Below, in pieces: positions 12,273 to 21,473 of a DNA stretch of 64,000 nucleotides. Source of the stretch: Bacilli bacterium (GTDB lineage Bacteria; Bacillota_I; Bacilli_A; RFN20; CAG-826); assembly GCA_045597865.1 (NCBI GenBank), contig JAZLKX010000057.1, positions 1-64,000 of the forward strand, given 5' to 3'. The position numbers and the translations under genes were made by a program. The notes under the pieces were generated by a model. It saw only the letters and a program-made list of their open reading frames with translations, did not search any database and was not told the origin of the DNA. The first letter of the stretch is position 1, and every line of letters begins with the position of its first letter.

Positions 12273-12300
12273 ATTATATATAGATTATTAGTGGTGTCAA
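12273..12300 (-). promoter_or_regulatory. SigA promoter of the rpsP operon
   Basis: Minus strand TTGACA-N16-TATAAT upstream of the AAGGAG SD. Confidence 0.75.
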
Positions 12301-12354
12301 GTAAAAATACTTAACACCTTGTATTTATACACTTATTTGATTAAGATATTAGCC

Positions 12355-13236
12355 ATGATTAAGTATCAAAAATGGATTTCAAAACATTGCAAAAATTCAT
12401 TAGAAAATAAGACGATTTTTATAACTGGTGGAAACTCAGGAATTGGGTTTGAAGCTACTCGTAATTTTCTTCATCTCGGAGCAACAATTATTTGGGGTTG
12501 CAGAAACCTTGAAAAAGCTGAAACGGCAAGAGCAAAAATTGTCGAAGAGTTTGCATTAGCAAATATTTCAATAGTTCAAGTAGATTTAGCAGACACAAAT
12601 TCTATTACAAAATGTGTCGAAAATTTGGCTAAAAACAACACCAAAATTGATGTCATTTACAACAACGCTGGAGTGTTTAGAATTCCACAAGGAAAAACTA
12701 AACAAAATTTTGATTTAGTTATTGGTACAAATTTGGTTGGAACTTATATTTTAAACAAATTGCTTTTAGATCATTACAAAAATTCTCAATTTATTTTTAC
12801 AACTAGCATTACAGCAATGTTTACAAAATTAAATCTTAATGATCCATTTTTTGAAAAGACCAAATACGGGAACTTTAAAGCCTATGGTAGATCAAAGTTT
12901 GGAATTAACCAACTTGTCTCATTTTGGAATGAAAATTGTGAAATAAATTTTGCACTTATCCACCCAGGTATTACATACACTCCGCTCATCAAAAAAGCCT
13001 ACAAATCCCGCATATTTTGCGCATTAGCCGCAGGATTTATGAAATTATTCTTCCATACAGCCGAGAAGGCGTCACTAACAGCTATTTTAGCTGTTGAAGA
13101 AAATAAAAAGTTTGGATATTATGGTCCAAGAGGTCCATTTGCAATTAGCGGTTATCCAAAGAAAAGAAGACTCATGAAAAGGTTCTTAAAAGGTAATAAA
13201 AATACCTTTGATTTCCTTGAGGGTCTGAAATATTAA
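12355..13236 (+). CDS. Short-chain dehydrogenase/reductase (retinol dehydrogenase-like SDR)
   Basis: TGGNSGIG, NNAG, YGRSK, HPG; ATG 12355 lies 7 nt after TTGTAT-N17-TAAGAT. Confidence 0.88.
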   Translation: MIKYQKWISKHCKNSLENKTIFITGGNSGIGFEATRNFLHLGATIIWGCRNLEKAETARAKIVEEFALANISIVQVDLADTNSITKCVENLAKNNTKIDVIYNNAGVFRIPQGKTKQNFDLVIGTNLVGTYILNKLLLDHYKNSQFIFTTSITAMFTKLNLNDPFFEKTKYGNFKAYGRSKFGINQLVSFWNENCEINFALIHPGITYTPLIKKAYKSRIFCALAAGFMKLFFHTAEKASLTAILAVEENKKFGYYGPRGPFAISGYPKKRRLMKRFLKGNKNTFDFLEGLKY

Positions 13237-13247
13237 TTAATTATTTG

Positions 13248-13276
13248 TTGCATCTCTTATAGAGAAAGAGTATTAT
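13248..13276 (+). promoter_or_regulatory. SigA promoter of rplS
   Basis: TTGCAT-N17-TATTAT. Confidence 0.65.
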
Positions 13277-13302
13277 CTTGTTTGCGAGTTTTATAACTCG
13301 AT

Positions 13303-13342
13303 TAGGACGTCCCGCTTTCAAGTGATGATATGAACGTACCGA
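13303..13342 (+). promoter_or_regulatory. Putative L19 ribosomal protein leader RNA
   Basis: ACGTCCCGCT...ATGAACGT in the rplS 5' UTR resembles the Firmicutes L19_leader core (GUUCCGCU...AUGAAC), recalled from memory. Confidence 0.55.
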
Positions 13343-13372
13343 ACAATTACTAGAAAAGAAGGAGGAAAAGAC

Positions 13373-13720
13373 ATGAACACAAATATCGTTAACGAAGTTA
13401 CTGCACGTCAAATTAAGAAAGATGTCCCAGAATTCAAAGCTGGTGATACAGTCTCAGTTTCCGTCAGAATTACTGAAAATAACAAATCACGTATCCAAGT
13501 CTTCCAAGGCGTCGTAATCCAACGCCGCGGCTCCGGTGTCAGCGAAACCTTCACTGTTAGAAAAATTTCTTCAGGCGTTGGTGTTGAAAGAACTTTCCCA
13601 ATCAACTCACCAGCAGTTGCTGCTATCAAAGTTGAAAAACGTGGTAAAGTTCGTAGAAGCAGAATCTTCTACTTACGTAATCGTTCTGGCAAGGCCGCTC
13701 GTATTAAAGAAATTCTTTAA
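13373..13720 (+). CDS. rplS: 50S ribosomal protein L19
   Basis: [51 protein letters not shown]. Confidence 0.98.
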   Translation: MNTNIVNEVTARQIKKDVPEFKAGDTVSVSVRITENNKSRIQVFQGVVIQRRGSGVSETFTVRKISSGVGVERTFPINSPAVAAIKVEKRGKVRRSRIFYLRNRSGKAARIKEIL

Positions 13721-13737
13721 TATTAGAAGCTTAGAAG

Positions 13738-13763
13738 AACCCGAGAAATCGGGTTTTTCTTTT
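13738..13763 (+). terminator. Intrinsic terminator after rplS
   Basis: AACCCGA-gaaa-TCGGGTT plus T-run. Confidence 0.85.
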
Positions 13764-13830
13764 GCTTTGTTTTTAGAGAAAATAAACTATGTTTCTTGTA
13801 GTCTAAACTAGATGTGCGTATAATAAGTGC

Positions 13831-14544
13831 ATGGCCGAAAACGTAAGTAATGAAAAACCGATTAAAAATCGAAAAGGATTAAGCATCTTTTTCAATATTT
13901 TTATTACGCTTTTAAGCATTATTGCTCTCGCTATTGCGGGTGTTTTGATTTATCAAAAACGTTATTTGACTCCTTTTTGGGTTAATGGACAATCAATGTA
14001 TCCAACCTTAAATGCTTATGCAGTTAATGAAAACAATGTTGCATATAAGGAAAATGGTTCAAGTACTTTACCTGGTTCTAAAAAAGTAGACTATGGGGTA
14101 ATGGATAAACATGATCGTGCTTTGAAAAATTTAAAGAGATTCGACATTGTTGTTTGTAAATACGGTGATGACGATGAAAGCGACAAGATTAAAAGAGTTG
14201 TTGCATTGCCAGGTGAAACAATTAAGTTTGGTCAAGGGGCTGAAAATGGCTCATTATACATCAAAAATGGTGAAGAATTTACCTTCGTTGAACAACCAAT
14301 TGATAATCAATATGTTGCGGCTGGTAATTACCCAGTTTCTGAAATAACCTTAGGAGATGGGGAATACTATGTTTTAGGCGACAACAGAGCTCATTCTAGT
14401 GATAGTAGAACTGTTGGAAAAATAATGCGCAGATGGCTTATTGGCAAAGTTGTATGTGTTTGTGCACATTGTGAAGTTCGCCAAGCAGCTGATGGCACTT
14501 TAGAGCCATTTAATATTAAACATTTTGTACCTATATTTTTATGA
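13831..14544 (+). CDS. lepB: Signal peptidase I
   Basis: N-terminal TM, GQSMYPTL (catalytic Ser), IKRVVALPGE (Lys), GDNR-S-DSR. Confidence 0.93.
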   Translation: MAENVSNEKPIKNRKGLSIFFNIFITLLSIIALAIAGVLIYQKRYLTPFWVNGQSMYPTLNAYAVNENNVAYKENGSSTLPGSKKVDYGVMDKHDRALKNLKRFDIVVCKYGDDDESDKIKRVVALPGETIKFGQGAENGSLYIKNGEEFTFVEQPIDNQYVAAGNYPVSEITLGDGEYYVLGDNRAHSSDSRTVGKIMRRWLIGKVVCVCAHCEVRQAADGTLEPFNIKHFVPIFL

Positions 14545-15395
14545 AGCAAATACATTGGTTTCCTGGCCATATGAAAAAGGCCCAAATAGAAGTTCAAGAC
14601 AAGATCAAATTAGTTGATGTAATTGTCGAACTTTTAGATGCAAGAATTCCTTTATCAAGCCGAAATCAATTGCTTTATAAAATGACAAAAGATAAGACTC
14701 GTTTAGTTGTCTTAACTAAGAAAGATTTAGCTGATTCCCAAATCACAGAATCATGGATAAATTTCTTTAAATCCCAGGGATTTGCGGCTGTTTTTGCAGA
14801 TTTAAACAATCCTAACGACGTTAAAAATATAGTTCGCCATGTTGAAGAATTAGGATCAATTAAGAATGCAAAGTATGCTGCAAAAGGTATGAAACCACAG
14901 CCTGTTAGAGCAATGATTATTGGCATTCCAAATGTCGGAAAATCTACACTCATAAATAAGGTCTCTGGTCGCAAGGCTGCATCAGTCGAAAATAAGCCTG
15001 GTCATACAAAGGCTCAACAATGGATTAAAGTATCAGAAAAATTTGAGCTTCTAGATACTCCGGGAATCCTTCAACCAAACTATAATGATTCTAAAAATGC
15101 AATCAATTTAGCCCTTGTTGGATCTATGAATGAGAACATACTTCCAAATGATCAACTTGCAACAATTGCCTTTTTGTATTTGCTTCAAAATTATAAGAAA
15201 CAACTCACCGATAGATTTAATTATTTAGACTTTGACTCTAATGTAGAAGAGAACTTTAAATTAATTGCGAGAAAACGTGGTTATTTAACTAAAGGTGGGG
15301 AAGATATAGAGAAAGCCTATAAAGTCTTCTTAAATGAAGTTAAAAATGGAGTTTTAGGGCCAATTAGTTTTGAAAGAGTTGACCAAGATGCTTGA
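14541..15395 (+). CDS. rbgA: Ribosome biogenesis GTPase RbgA/YlqF
   Basis: WFPGHM, DARIPLSS, GIPNVGKSTLIN, DTPG. Confidence 0.96.
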   Translation: MKQIHWFPGHMKKAQIEVQDKIKLVDVIVELLDARIPLSSRNQLLYKMTKDKTRLVVLTKKDLADSQITESWINFFKSQGFAAVFADLNNPNDVKNIVRHVEELGSIKNAKYAAKGMKPQPVRAMIIGIPNVGKSTLINKVSGRKAASVENKPGHTKAQQWIKVSEKFELLDTPGILQPNYNDSKNAINLALVGSMNENILPNDQLATIAFLYLLQNYKKQLTDRFNYLDFDSNVEENFKLIARKRGYLTKGGEDIEKAYKVFLNEVKNGVLGPISFERVDQDA

Positions 15396-16020
15396 TTACC
15401 AAGAACAATTCTATTCTGATAAAGTAAAACTCATCGTCGGAGTTGATGAAGCTGGAAGAGGTCCTTTGGCAGGACCGGTTGTTGCAGCAGCTTGTATTCT
15501 CCCGCGCGCGTATATAAATAAAGAAATAAACGACTCAAAACAACTTAGTGAAAAGAAACGCGAAGAACTTTTTGAAATAATTAAAAAAGATGCAATCGCC
15601 TATGGCGTTGGCATTGTCTCAGCTGAAGAAATTGACAATCTTAATATTTATGAAGCTACAAAAAAAGCCATGAAAATGGCGATTGATAATTTAAAACACG
15701 AGTATGATTTAATTTTAACTGACGCTATGCCATTAAAAGGATTTGATGTTGAAGTTGTCCCTATTATCAAGGGTGACGCAAAAGCTCTTCCAATTGCTGC
15801 AGCATCAATTATCGCAAAAGTTACACGTGATCATATGATGCTTGAATTAGGTGCTAAATATCCTGAATATGGATTTGAAATTCATAAAGGCTATGGCACA
15901 GCAAAGCATATGGAAGCTTTAAAGAAATTTGGCCCAATAAATGGAGTCCATCGTTTTTCATATAAACCTGTAATGAAAGTTTCTTTACAGGAAATGGATA
16001 TTTTTGATCTAAAAAACTAA
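15388..16020 (+). CDS. rnhB: Ribonuclease HII
   Basis: GVDEAGRGPLAGPVVAA, DSKQL, KGD, AASIIAKVTRD, HKGYGT; ATG 15388. Confidence 0.97.
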   Translation: MLDYQEQFYSDKVKLIVGVDEAGRGPLAGPVVAAACILPRAYINKEINDSKQLSEKKREELFEIIKKDAIAYGVGIVSAEEIDNLNIYEATKKAMKMAIDNLKHEYDLILTDAMPLKGFDVEVVPIIKGDAKALPIAAASIIAKVTRDHMMLELGAKYPEYGFEIHKGYGTAKHMEALKKFGPINGVHRFSYKPVMKVSLQEMDIFDLKN

Positions 16021-16078
16021 GTCATTAATGACTTAAAAAAATTTTTATCGGAAACGCACTTTTCCGCGGAAATATTAA
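16018..16078 (+). promoter_or_regulatory. Putative competence-regulon element upstream of dprA (palindrome plus TTTTATCGG-N18-AAATAnTAA)
   Basis: TAAGTCA-ttaa-TGACTTA (16018-16035), TTTTATCGG (16043-16051), AAATATTAA (16070-16078); same architecture at 57598-57658. Confidence 0.65.
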
Positions 16079-16093
16079 GTAGAGGTACTTTTT

Positions 16094-16894
16094 ATGGAAG
16101 CTAGAGAAGTTTTAATTTATTTATCAACAATTTACAAAGGTGACTGGAACAAAATTTTTGAAGCTATTTTTACTAAAAAACCAATTGATGAAAAGGAAAT
16201 TAAAGAAGTAATTAAAAATCAAAAGTCTAAAGCTGTAACTTGTTTAGATGACGATTATCCTCAACAATTAAAACCAATTCAAAAACCGCCATTTGTACTT
16301 TTTTATCATGGAGATCTTTCTATTATAAAAGACAAACATAAAGCAATTTCTGTTGTTGGAAGTCGCAAAAACACAAAATATGGTGAAGAAGTTACTACAA
16401 ATTTAGTCAAAGATTTATGTAAAGAACTAGTAATTGTTTCAGGCATGGCGCGCGGTATTGATGGCATTGCGCATCGAGTGTGTATCGCTAACGGAGGAAA
16501 AAGTGTAGCGGTTCTTGGATGTGGTATTAATGTTTGTTACCCTCCAAGCAATCTAGATATTTATGATGAGATGAAGAAACATCACTTAATTTTATCTGAG
16601 TATCCAGATTTAACTGAACCATGTCCAATTTATTTCCCAATTAGAAATAGAATTATTGCTGCATTATCTGATTGTTTACTCGTTACAGAAGGCCTTATGA
16701 ACTCAGGAACATCAATAACTGCATCTTTAACATTAGAAAATGGCGGAAATGTGTGTTGTGTTCCTACTCATATAGGTGAAAATTCTGTATGTAATCATCT
16801 AATCTCGTATGGAGCAGCCTTGGTAGAAACAGCAGAAGATATCTATTACGAAATGGATTATCGCAAGAATGAAACTGCTTTCGAAAAAATATAA
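16094..16894 (+). CDS. dprA: DNA processing protein DprA (Smf)
   Basis: YPQQL--I-PPFVLFY-G, VVGSRK, VSGMARGIDG-AH, VLGCGI, SEYP, FPIRNRIIA, SGTSITA; upstream of topA. Confidence 0.95.
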   Translation: MEAREVLIYLSTIYKGDWNKIFEAIFTKKPIDEKEIKEVIKNQKSKAVTCLDDDYPQQLKPIQKPPFVLFYHGDLSIIKDKHKAISVVGSRKNTKYGEEVTTNLVKDLCKELVIVSGMARGIDGIAHRVCIANGGKSVAVLGCGINVCYPPSNLDIYDEMKKHHLILSEYPDLTEPCPIYFPIRNRIIAALSDCLLVTEGLMNSGTSITASLTLENGGNVCCVPTHIGENSVCNHLISYGAALVETAEDIYYEMDYRKNETAFEKI

Positions 16895-16989
16895 AATTTT
16901 GTTAAAGAATATATCTATATCTTTAATATAAATAAAAGGGAAATTAGGCTTTGACTTATGAGTTTGAAATGCCTATATTATATGGACTT

Positions 16990-19053
16990 ATGAAGTTAGT
17001 TATTGTCGAATCTCCAAATAAATGTCACACCATCTCCCGTTACTTAGGAGAAGGCTATCAAGTTCTTGCTACAGTCGGACATTTAAGAGATCTTTCCACT
17101 AGTGGAAAAGGTGGCTTTGGAGTAGATATTGAAAATGATTTTAAACCTACATATGTTGTTTCTAGTTCAAAAAGATCAACAGTTTATGAATTAAAAGAAG
17201 CTGCGCGTAAGGCAGAAGAAATCTATCTTGCAACCGACCCTGACCGTGAAGGTGAAGCTATTGCATGGCATCTTACCCAAATTTTAGGTTTGGACCCAAA
17301 GACAACCAAGCGTTTAGAGTTCCACGAAATCACAAGGGTTTCAATCAATGCAGCTATCAAAAAACCTAGAGTAATTGATATGAATCTTGTGGAATCACAA
17401 GAAACAAGAAGAATTATGGATAGAATTATTGGATTTAGACTTTCCAATATTATCCAAAAAAAGATTAAATCTCCATCCGCTGGAAGAGTTCAATCCGCAA
17501 CACTCAAATTAATCTGTGATCACGACCAAGAAATTGCTGATTTTAAACCAGAACCTTATTGGACTTTATCATTAGAATTAAAGAAAAGTAATGCAAAAAT
17601 CGCTGCAAATTTCGCATCTTTTGGTGATGTGAAGAAAATTGAAGATGAAAAGACTAATGCTGACATTGTTTCTAAACTTAATGGAAATGCGAAAGTTGTC
17701 TCTATTAAAAAGTCAGTTAGAACAACCGAATCTAAACCAGCGTTTACTACCTCAACTCTTCAACAAGAAGCATTCAATACATACAAATTTTCAACAAAGA
17801 AGACTTCTAGTCTTGCTCAACAATTGTATGAAGGCGTTCAAATTAAAGGTGAACACACAGGTTTAATCACATACATCCGTACAGATTCAACTTATTTATC
17901 AGATACATTTGTTGAAAGAGCAGAAGCATTTATTGCAAAGAAATTTGGTCCAGAATACTGTGGTAAACGCAAAGTTGTCGCAGTTGCTGGTGCACAAAAT
18001 GCACATGAAGCTATTAGACCAACTTCAAATCATACAACTCCTGAATCAGTTCGCGCATACCTTACGCCTGATCAATATAAGTTATATAAATTGATTTATG
18101 AGAGAGCCGTTGGCTCACTCATGGCTCCTAAGAAAGAGTCAGTTCAAGTTGTAACTTTTGGTGTAAATGGAGTTACATTTAAAGCTGAAGCAGCACAAGT
18201 CGTTTTTGATGGTTATACAAAACTCGGTTCATCCGAAAAAGAAGAAGCCTATCACTTCCCAGCATTAACTGAAGGTGAAGAAGTTAAGATTAACAAAGTT
18301 AATAATGAACAAAAGATGACTGAAGCTCCAGCTGCTTATACTGAAGCTAAGATTGTTAAACTTATGGAAGACAAAAAGATTGGTCGTCCATCAACTTATG
18401 CTTCAACAATTGCAACATTACTTAAAAGAGAATACGTTGCTTCTAAATCTGGCTCATTAACTTCTACTGAAGTTGGCCAAAGAACAACAACAGTTCTCCA
18501 TAAATATTTCCCAGACTTTGTAGATGTTAAATATACAGCTCAAATGGAAGAAAAACTCGACCAAATCCAAGAAGGTGAAGTTTCAAGAACTGAAGCATTA
18601 ACTGAATTCTACTATCCATTTATTAAGTCAGTTGAAGATGCATCTGCAAAAATGTATAAAGATGATGACGAACCAACTGGTCGTAATTGTCCAATCTGTG
18701 GAGCACCGCTTGTTTACAAGAAATCCAAATACGGAAATTTCATTGGATGTTCAAATTTCCCAACCTGTAAATACAGAGAAAAAGAGGAAGAAGAACTCGA
18801 ATACACCGGTGAAATGTGTCCAAAATGTGGCAAACCTCTCGTCTATAGAGTTGGTAAAAAGAATAAAAAATTCATTGCATGTTCTGGTTATCCAGAATGT
18901 GATTATGTAAAGAAGGAAGAATCTGAACTAGAAGTAGTGAAGAAATGTCCTGAATGTGGTGGAGATCTTGTTGTTAGAGGTCGCGGAAAGAAAAAATTCT
19001 TAGGTTGTACAAACTATCCAAAATGTCATCACATTGAAAAATTAGATAATTAA
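16990..19053 (+). CDS. topA: DNA topoisomerase I with three C-terminal zinc ribbons
   Basis: LVIVESP-K, ATDPDREGEAIAWH, SAGRVQS, LITYIRTDS, AHEAIRPT, IGRPSTYA; ATG 16990 follows TTGACT-N17-TATATT. Confidence 0.97.
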   Translation: MKLVIVESPNKCHTISRYLGEGYQVLATVGHLRDLSTSGKGGFGVDIENDFKPTYVVSSSKRSTVYELKEAARKAEEIYLATDPDREGEAIAWHLTQILGLDPKTTKRLEFHEITRVSINAAIKKPRVIDMNLVESQETRRIMDRIIGFRLSNIIQKKIKSPSAGRVQSATLKLICDHDQEIADFKPEPYWTLSLELKKSNAKIAANFASFGDVKKIEDEKTNADIVSKLNGNAKVVSIKKSVRTTESKPAFTTSTLQQEAFNTYKFSTKKTSSLAQQLYEGVQIKGEHTGLITYIRTDSTYLSDTFVERAEAFIAKKFGPEYCGKRKVVAVAGAQNAHEAIRPTSNHTTPESVRAYLTPDQYKLYKLIYERAVGSLMAPKKESVQVVTFGVNGVTFKAEAAQVVFDGYTKLGSSEKEEAYHFPALTEGEEVKINKVNNEQKMTEAPAAYTEAKIVKLMEDKKIGRPSTYASTIATLLKREYVASKSGSLTSTEVGQRTTTVLHKYFPDFVDVKYTAQMEEKLDQIQEGEVSRTEALTEFYYPFIKSVEDASAKMYKDDDEPTGRNCPICGAPLVYKKSKYGNFIGCSNFPTCKYREKEEEELEYTGEMCPKCGKPLVYRVGKKNKKFIACSGYPECDYVKKEESELEVVKKCPECGGDLVVRGRGKKKFLGCTNYPKCHHIEKLDN

Positions 19054-19084
19054 GTAAGCTATGTGCTTACTTTTTTGTTATAAT
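19054..19084 (+). terminator. topA terminator fused to the extended -10 promoter of trmFO
   Basis: GTAAGC-tatgt-GCTTAC-TTTTTT running directly into TGTTATAAT, 7 nt before ATG 19092. Confidence 0.7.
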
Positions 19085-19091
19085 AATTCGC

Positions 19092-20381
19092 ATGAAGAAA
19101 ATTAACATAGTTGGTGGTGGACTTGCAGGTGCAGAAGCCTGTTACTTTTTCCTAAAAAGAAACTACGAAGTTCACCTCTATGAGAAGCGCCCAAAAGTAA
19201 TGACTCCAGCACATGTTACTGGTAATTTTGGAGAACTCGTTTGTTCCAATTCTCTGAAGTCTAACAAACTTGATAATGCATGCGGATTGCTCAAGGAAGA
19301 AATGCGCCACATGGACTCATTAACTATGAAAGTTGCAGCTGAAACAAGTGTTCCGTCTGGTAATGCTTTAAGCGTAGATCGTGAGGCTTTTTCAACAAAA
19401 ATCACGCAAATTCTCAAGGATTTTCCAAATTTAATCATTCATGAAGAGGATGTCAAAGACTTCCTTGAAGGACCTACTATTATCGCGACCGGCCCGCTTA
19501 CAAGTGATGCGCTCGCAAAGAAAATTTCTGAAACAATTGGTCAAGAATCTTTGTTCTTCTTTGATGCATCTGCACCTATTGTTTTGAAGGATTCTATAGA
19601 CATGAATATCGCCTATAAAAAGTCACGTTATGACCAAGGCGATGACAGCTACATTAACTGTCCATTTTCAGAAGAACAATATGATAAATTCTATGATGAA
19701 CTTATTCATGCTGAAGTAGCAATGATTCATGACTTTGATAAAAACTATTTTGAAGGTTGTATGCCAATTGAAGTAATGGCGAAACGCGGAAAAGAAACTT
19801 TAAGATTTGGACCAATGAAACCAAAAGGTCTCCAAGTTCCAACTAGAGAAAAATTCCACGCCGTTATTCAACTTAGACAAGATAATCTTAATGGAGATTT
19901 ATATAACATTGTTGGGTTCCAAACTAACTTAACTTATTCAGAACAGAAGCGTGTTTTTAGAATGATTCCAGGTTTAGAACATGCTGAGTTTGTACGCTAT
20001 GGTCTTATGCATCGTAACACTTATGTGTGTTCACCGATTGCATTAAATACAGATTTTTCTTTAAGAAAGAAAGATAACGCATTTTTAGCAGGTCAACTTA
20101 TTGGAGTTGAAGGCTATGTGGAGTCTGCTGCTATGGGTATTTTGGCGGCGGTTTTCGCATTCCAAAGAATGGAGAATGTCGAAATACAAAAACCGCCATT
20201 AGAGAGTATTATTGGCTCTTTGTATAACTACGTTATTAATGGAAATCCCGAGACATTCCAACCAATGAATGCTAACTTTGGAATTTTATATGATTCAAAT
20301 AAACATAATCGTGAAGAATCAATAAATAAATCTTTAGATTTAATCGATAAGTATTGGAGCAAAATTAATGAAAGAAATTGA
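19092..20381 (+). CDS. trmFO: tRNA m5U54 methyltransferase TrmFO (Gid)
   Basis: GGGLAGAE, ELVCSNSL, FFDASAPIV, FEGCMPIE, VGFQTNL, RYG-MHRNT, GVEGYVESAA, FQPMNANFG. Confidence 0.96.
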   Translation: MKKINIVGGGLAGAEACYFFLKRNYEVHLYEKRPKVMTPAHVTGNFGELVCSNSLKSNKLDNACGLLKEEMRHMDSLTMKVAAETSVPSGNALSVDREAFSTKITQILKDFPNLIIHEEDVKDFLEGPTIIATGPLTSDALAKKISETIGQESLFFFDASAPIVLKDSIDMNIAYKKSRYDQGDDSYINCPFSEEQYDKFYDELIHAEVAMIHDFDKNYFEGCMPIEVMAKRGKETLRFGPMKPKGLQVPTREKFHAVIQLRQDNLNGDLYNIVGFQTNLTYSEQKRVFRMIPGLEHAEFVRYGLMHRNTYVCSPIALNTDFSLRKKDNAFLAGQLIGVEGYVESAAMGILAAVFAFQRMENVEIQKPPLESIIGSLYNYVINGNPETFQPMNANFGILYDSNKHNREESINKSLDLIDKYWSKINERN

Positions 20382-21279
20382 TTTATTTATTGAACATCTT
20401 CACTATGATTTGAATTATTCTGATAAGACAATCAAGTCATATAAAAATGATATTGAAAGTTTTCTTTTCTTTATTTTTAATCAAGGTATCTCCATTGATG
20501 ATGTCGATACCCAAACAATAAGAAATTATCTTTATACAGAAATGCAGAATGGCAAATCTAAGACAACTTGTTGTCATAGAATTGCGGTTTTAAGGCATTT
20601 CTTTGATTTCTTATTAGATAAGGAATTTATACACGAAAATTGCTTCTTATTTATAACTGCGCCAAAGAAAGATGTTAGGTATCCAGATGTTTTATATTTA
20701 GAACAAGTCGAAACTTTGCTAAATAGAAATAGATTAAGAACTGATAGCCTTATGTTACGCGATCAAGCAATCCTTGAACTTCTTTATGCTTCAGGTCTTC
20801 GTGTTAGTGAACTAGTTAATGTCAAGCTATCAAATATGGACATTAGAAATAGAACAATTCGTGTGCTTGGCAAAGGAAGAAAAGAAAGACTTGTAATGTT
20901 TTCAAAATCTTGCCAAACAACACTTATCGACTATTTAAAAAATAGTCGTGAAGAATTATTAAGAAGAAATAAAAGCGATTTTTCGCTTGATTTTCTCTTC
21001 TTAAATTCTCAAGGAAAGCAACTCTCTAGTAGAGGTGTTCAATACATTCTTGAAGATATCGAAAACAAGACTGGATGTCATTATGGTTTACATCCGCACT
21101 TACTTAGACACACCTTTGCAACACACTTACTTGAGGGCGGTGCAGATCTACGTGTTATTCAAGAACTTTTGGGTCACGAATCTATCAACACAACACAGAT
21201 TTATACTCATGTTACTGAAGAAGCAATGAAGGCCCAATTTAACATGTCTCATCCACGTGCTAAAAAGCACGATAATTGA
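20368..21279 (+). CDS. xerC: Tyrosine recombinase XerC (CodV-like)
   Basis: [54 protein letters not shown], HPRA; topA-trmFO-xerC synteny. Confidence 0.9.
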   Translation: [303 protein letters not shown]

Positions 21280-21371
21280 TACTATTTTTGCATAGTTTAT
21301 AAAAACTATTTGTTTTATTAATGCTGGAGTGTTAGAATACTAACGCTCTTTTTCTTTAGAGAAAGAGAAAT

Positions 21372-21450
21372 ACACACATCATGAATTCAATTTCCGAGTC
21401 CCGTGACCACGGGGTCGAAAACGGGGGAGATTGTTCGAAGTGATGGAGGC
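21372..21450 (+). promoter_or_regulatory. Putative S2 (rpsB) autoregulatory leader RNA
   Basis: Long structured 5' UTR, ACACACATCA...TGATGGAGG with internal hairpin CCCGTGACCACGGG, downstream of TGTTAGAAT; resembles Firmicutes rpsB leader ends. Confidence 0.55.
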
Positions 21451-21473
21451 AAAAACGAATGGAGGCCAAAATT

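Noticed and set aside
20368-21279. Tyrosine recombinase as a prophage or ICE integrase
   Set aside because: XerC-type length and motifs, conserved topA-trmFO-xerC position, and no att sites or cargo genes.
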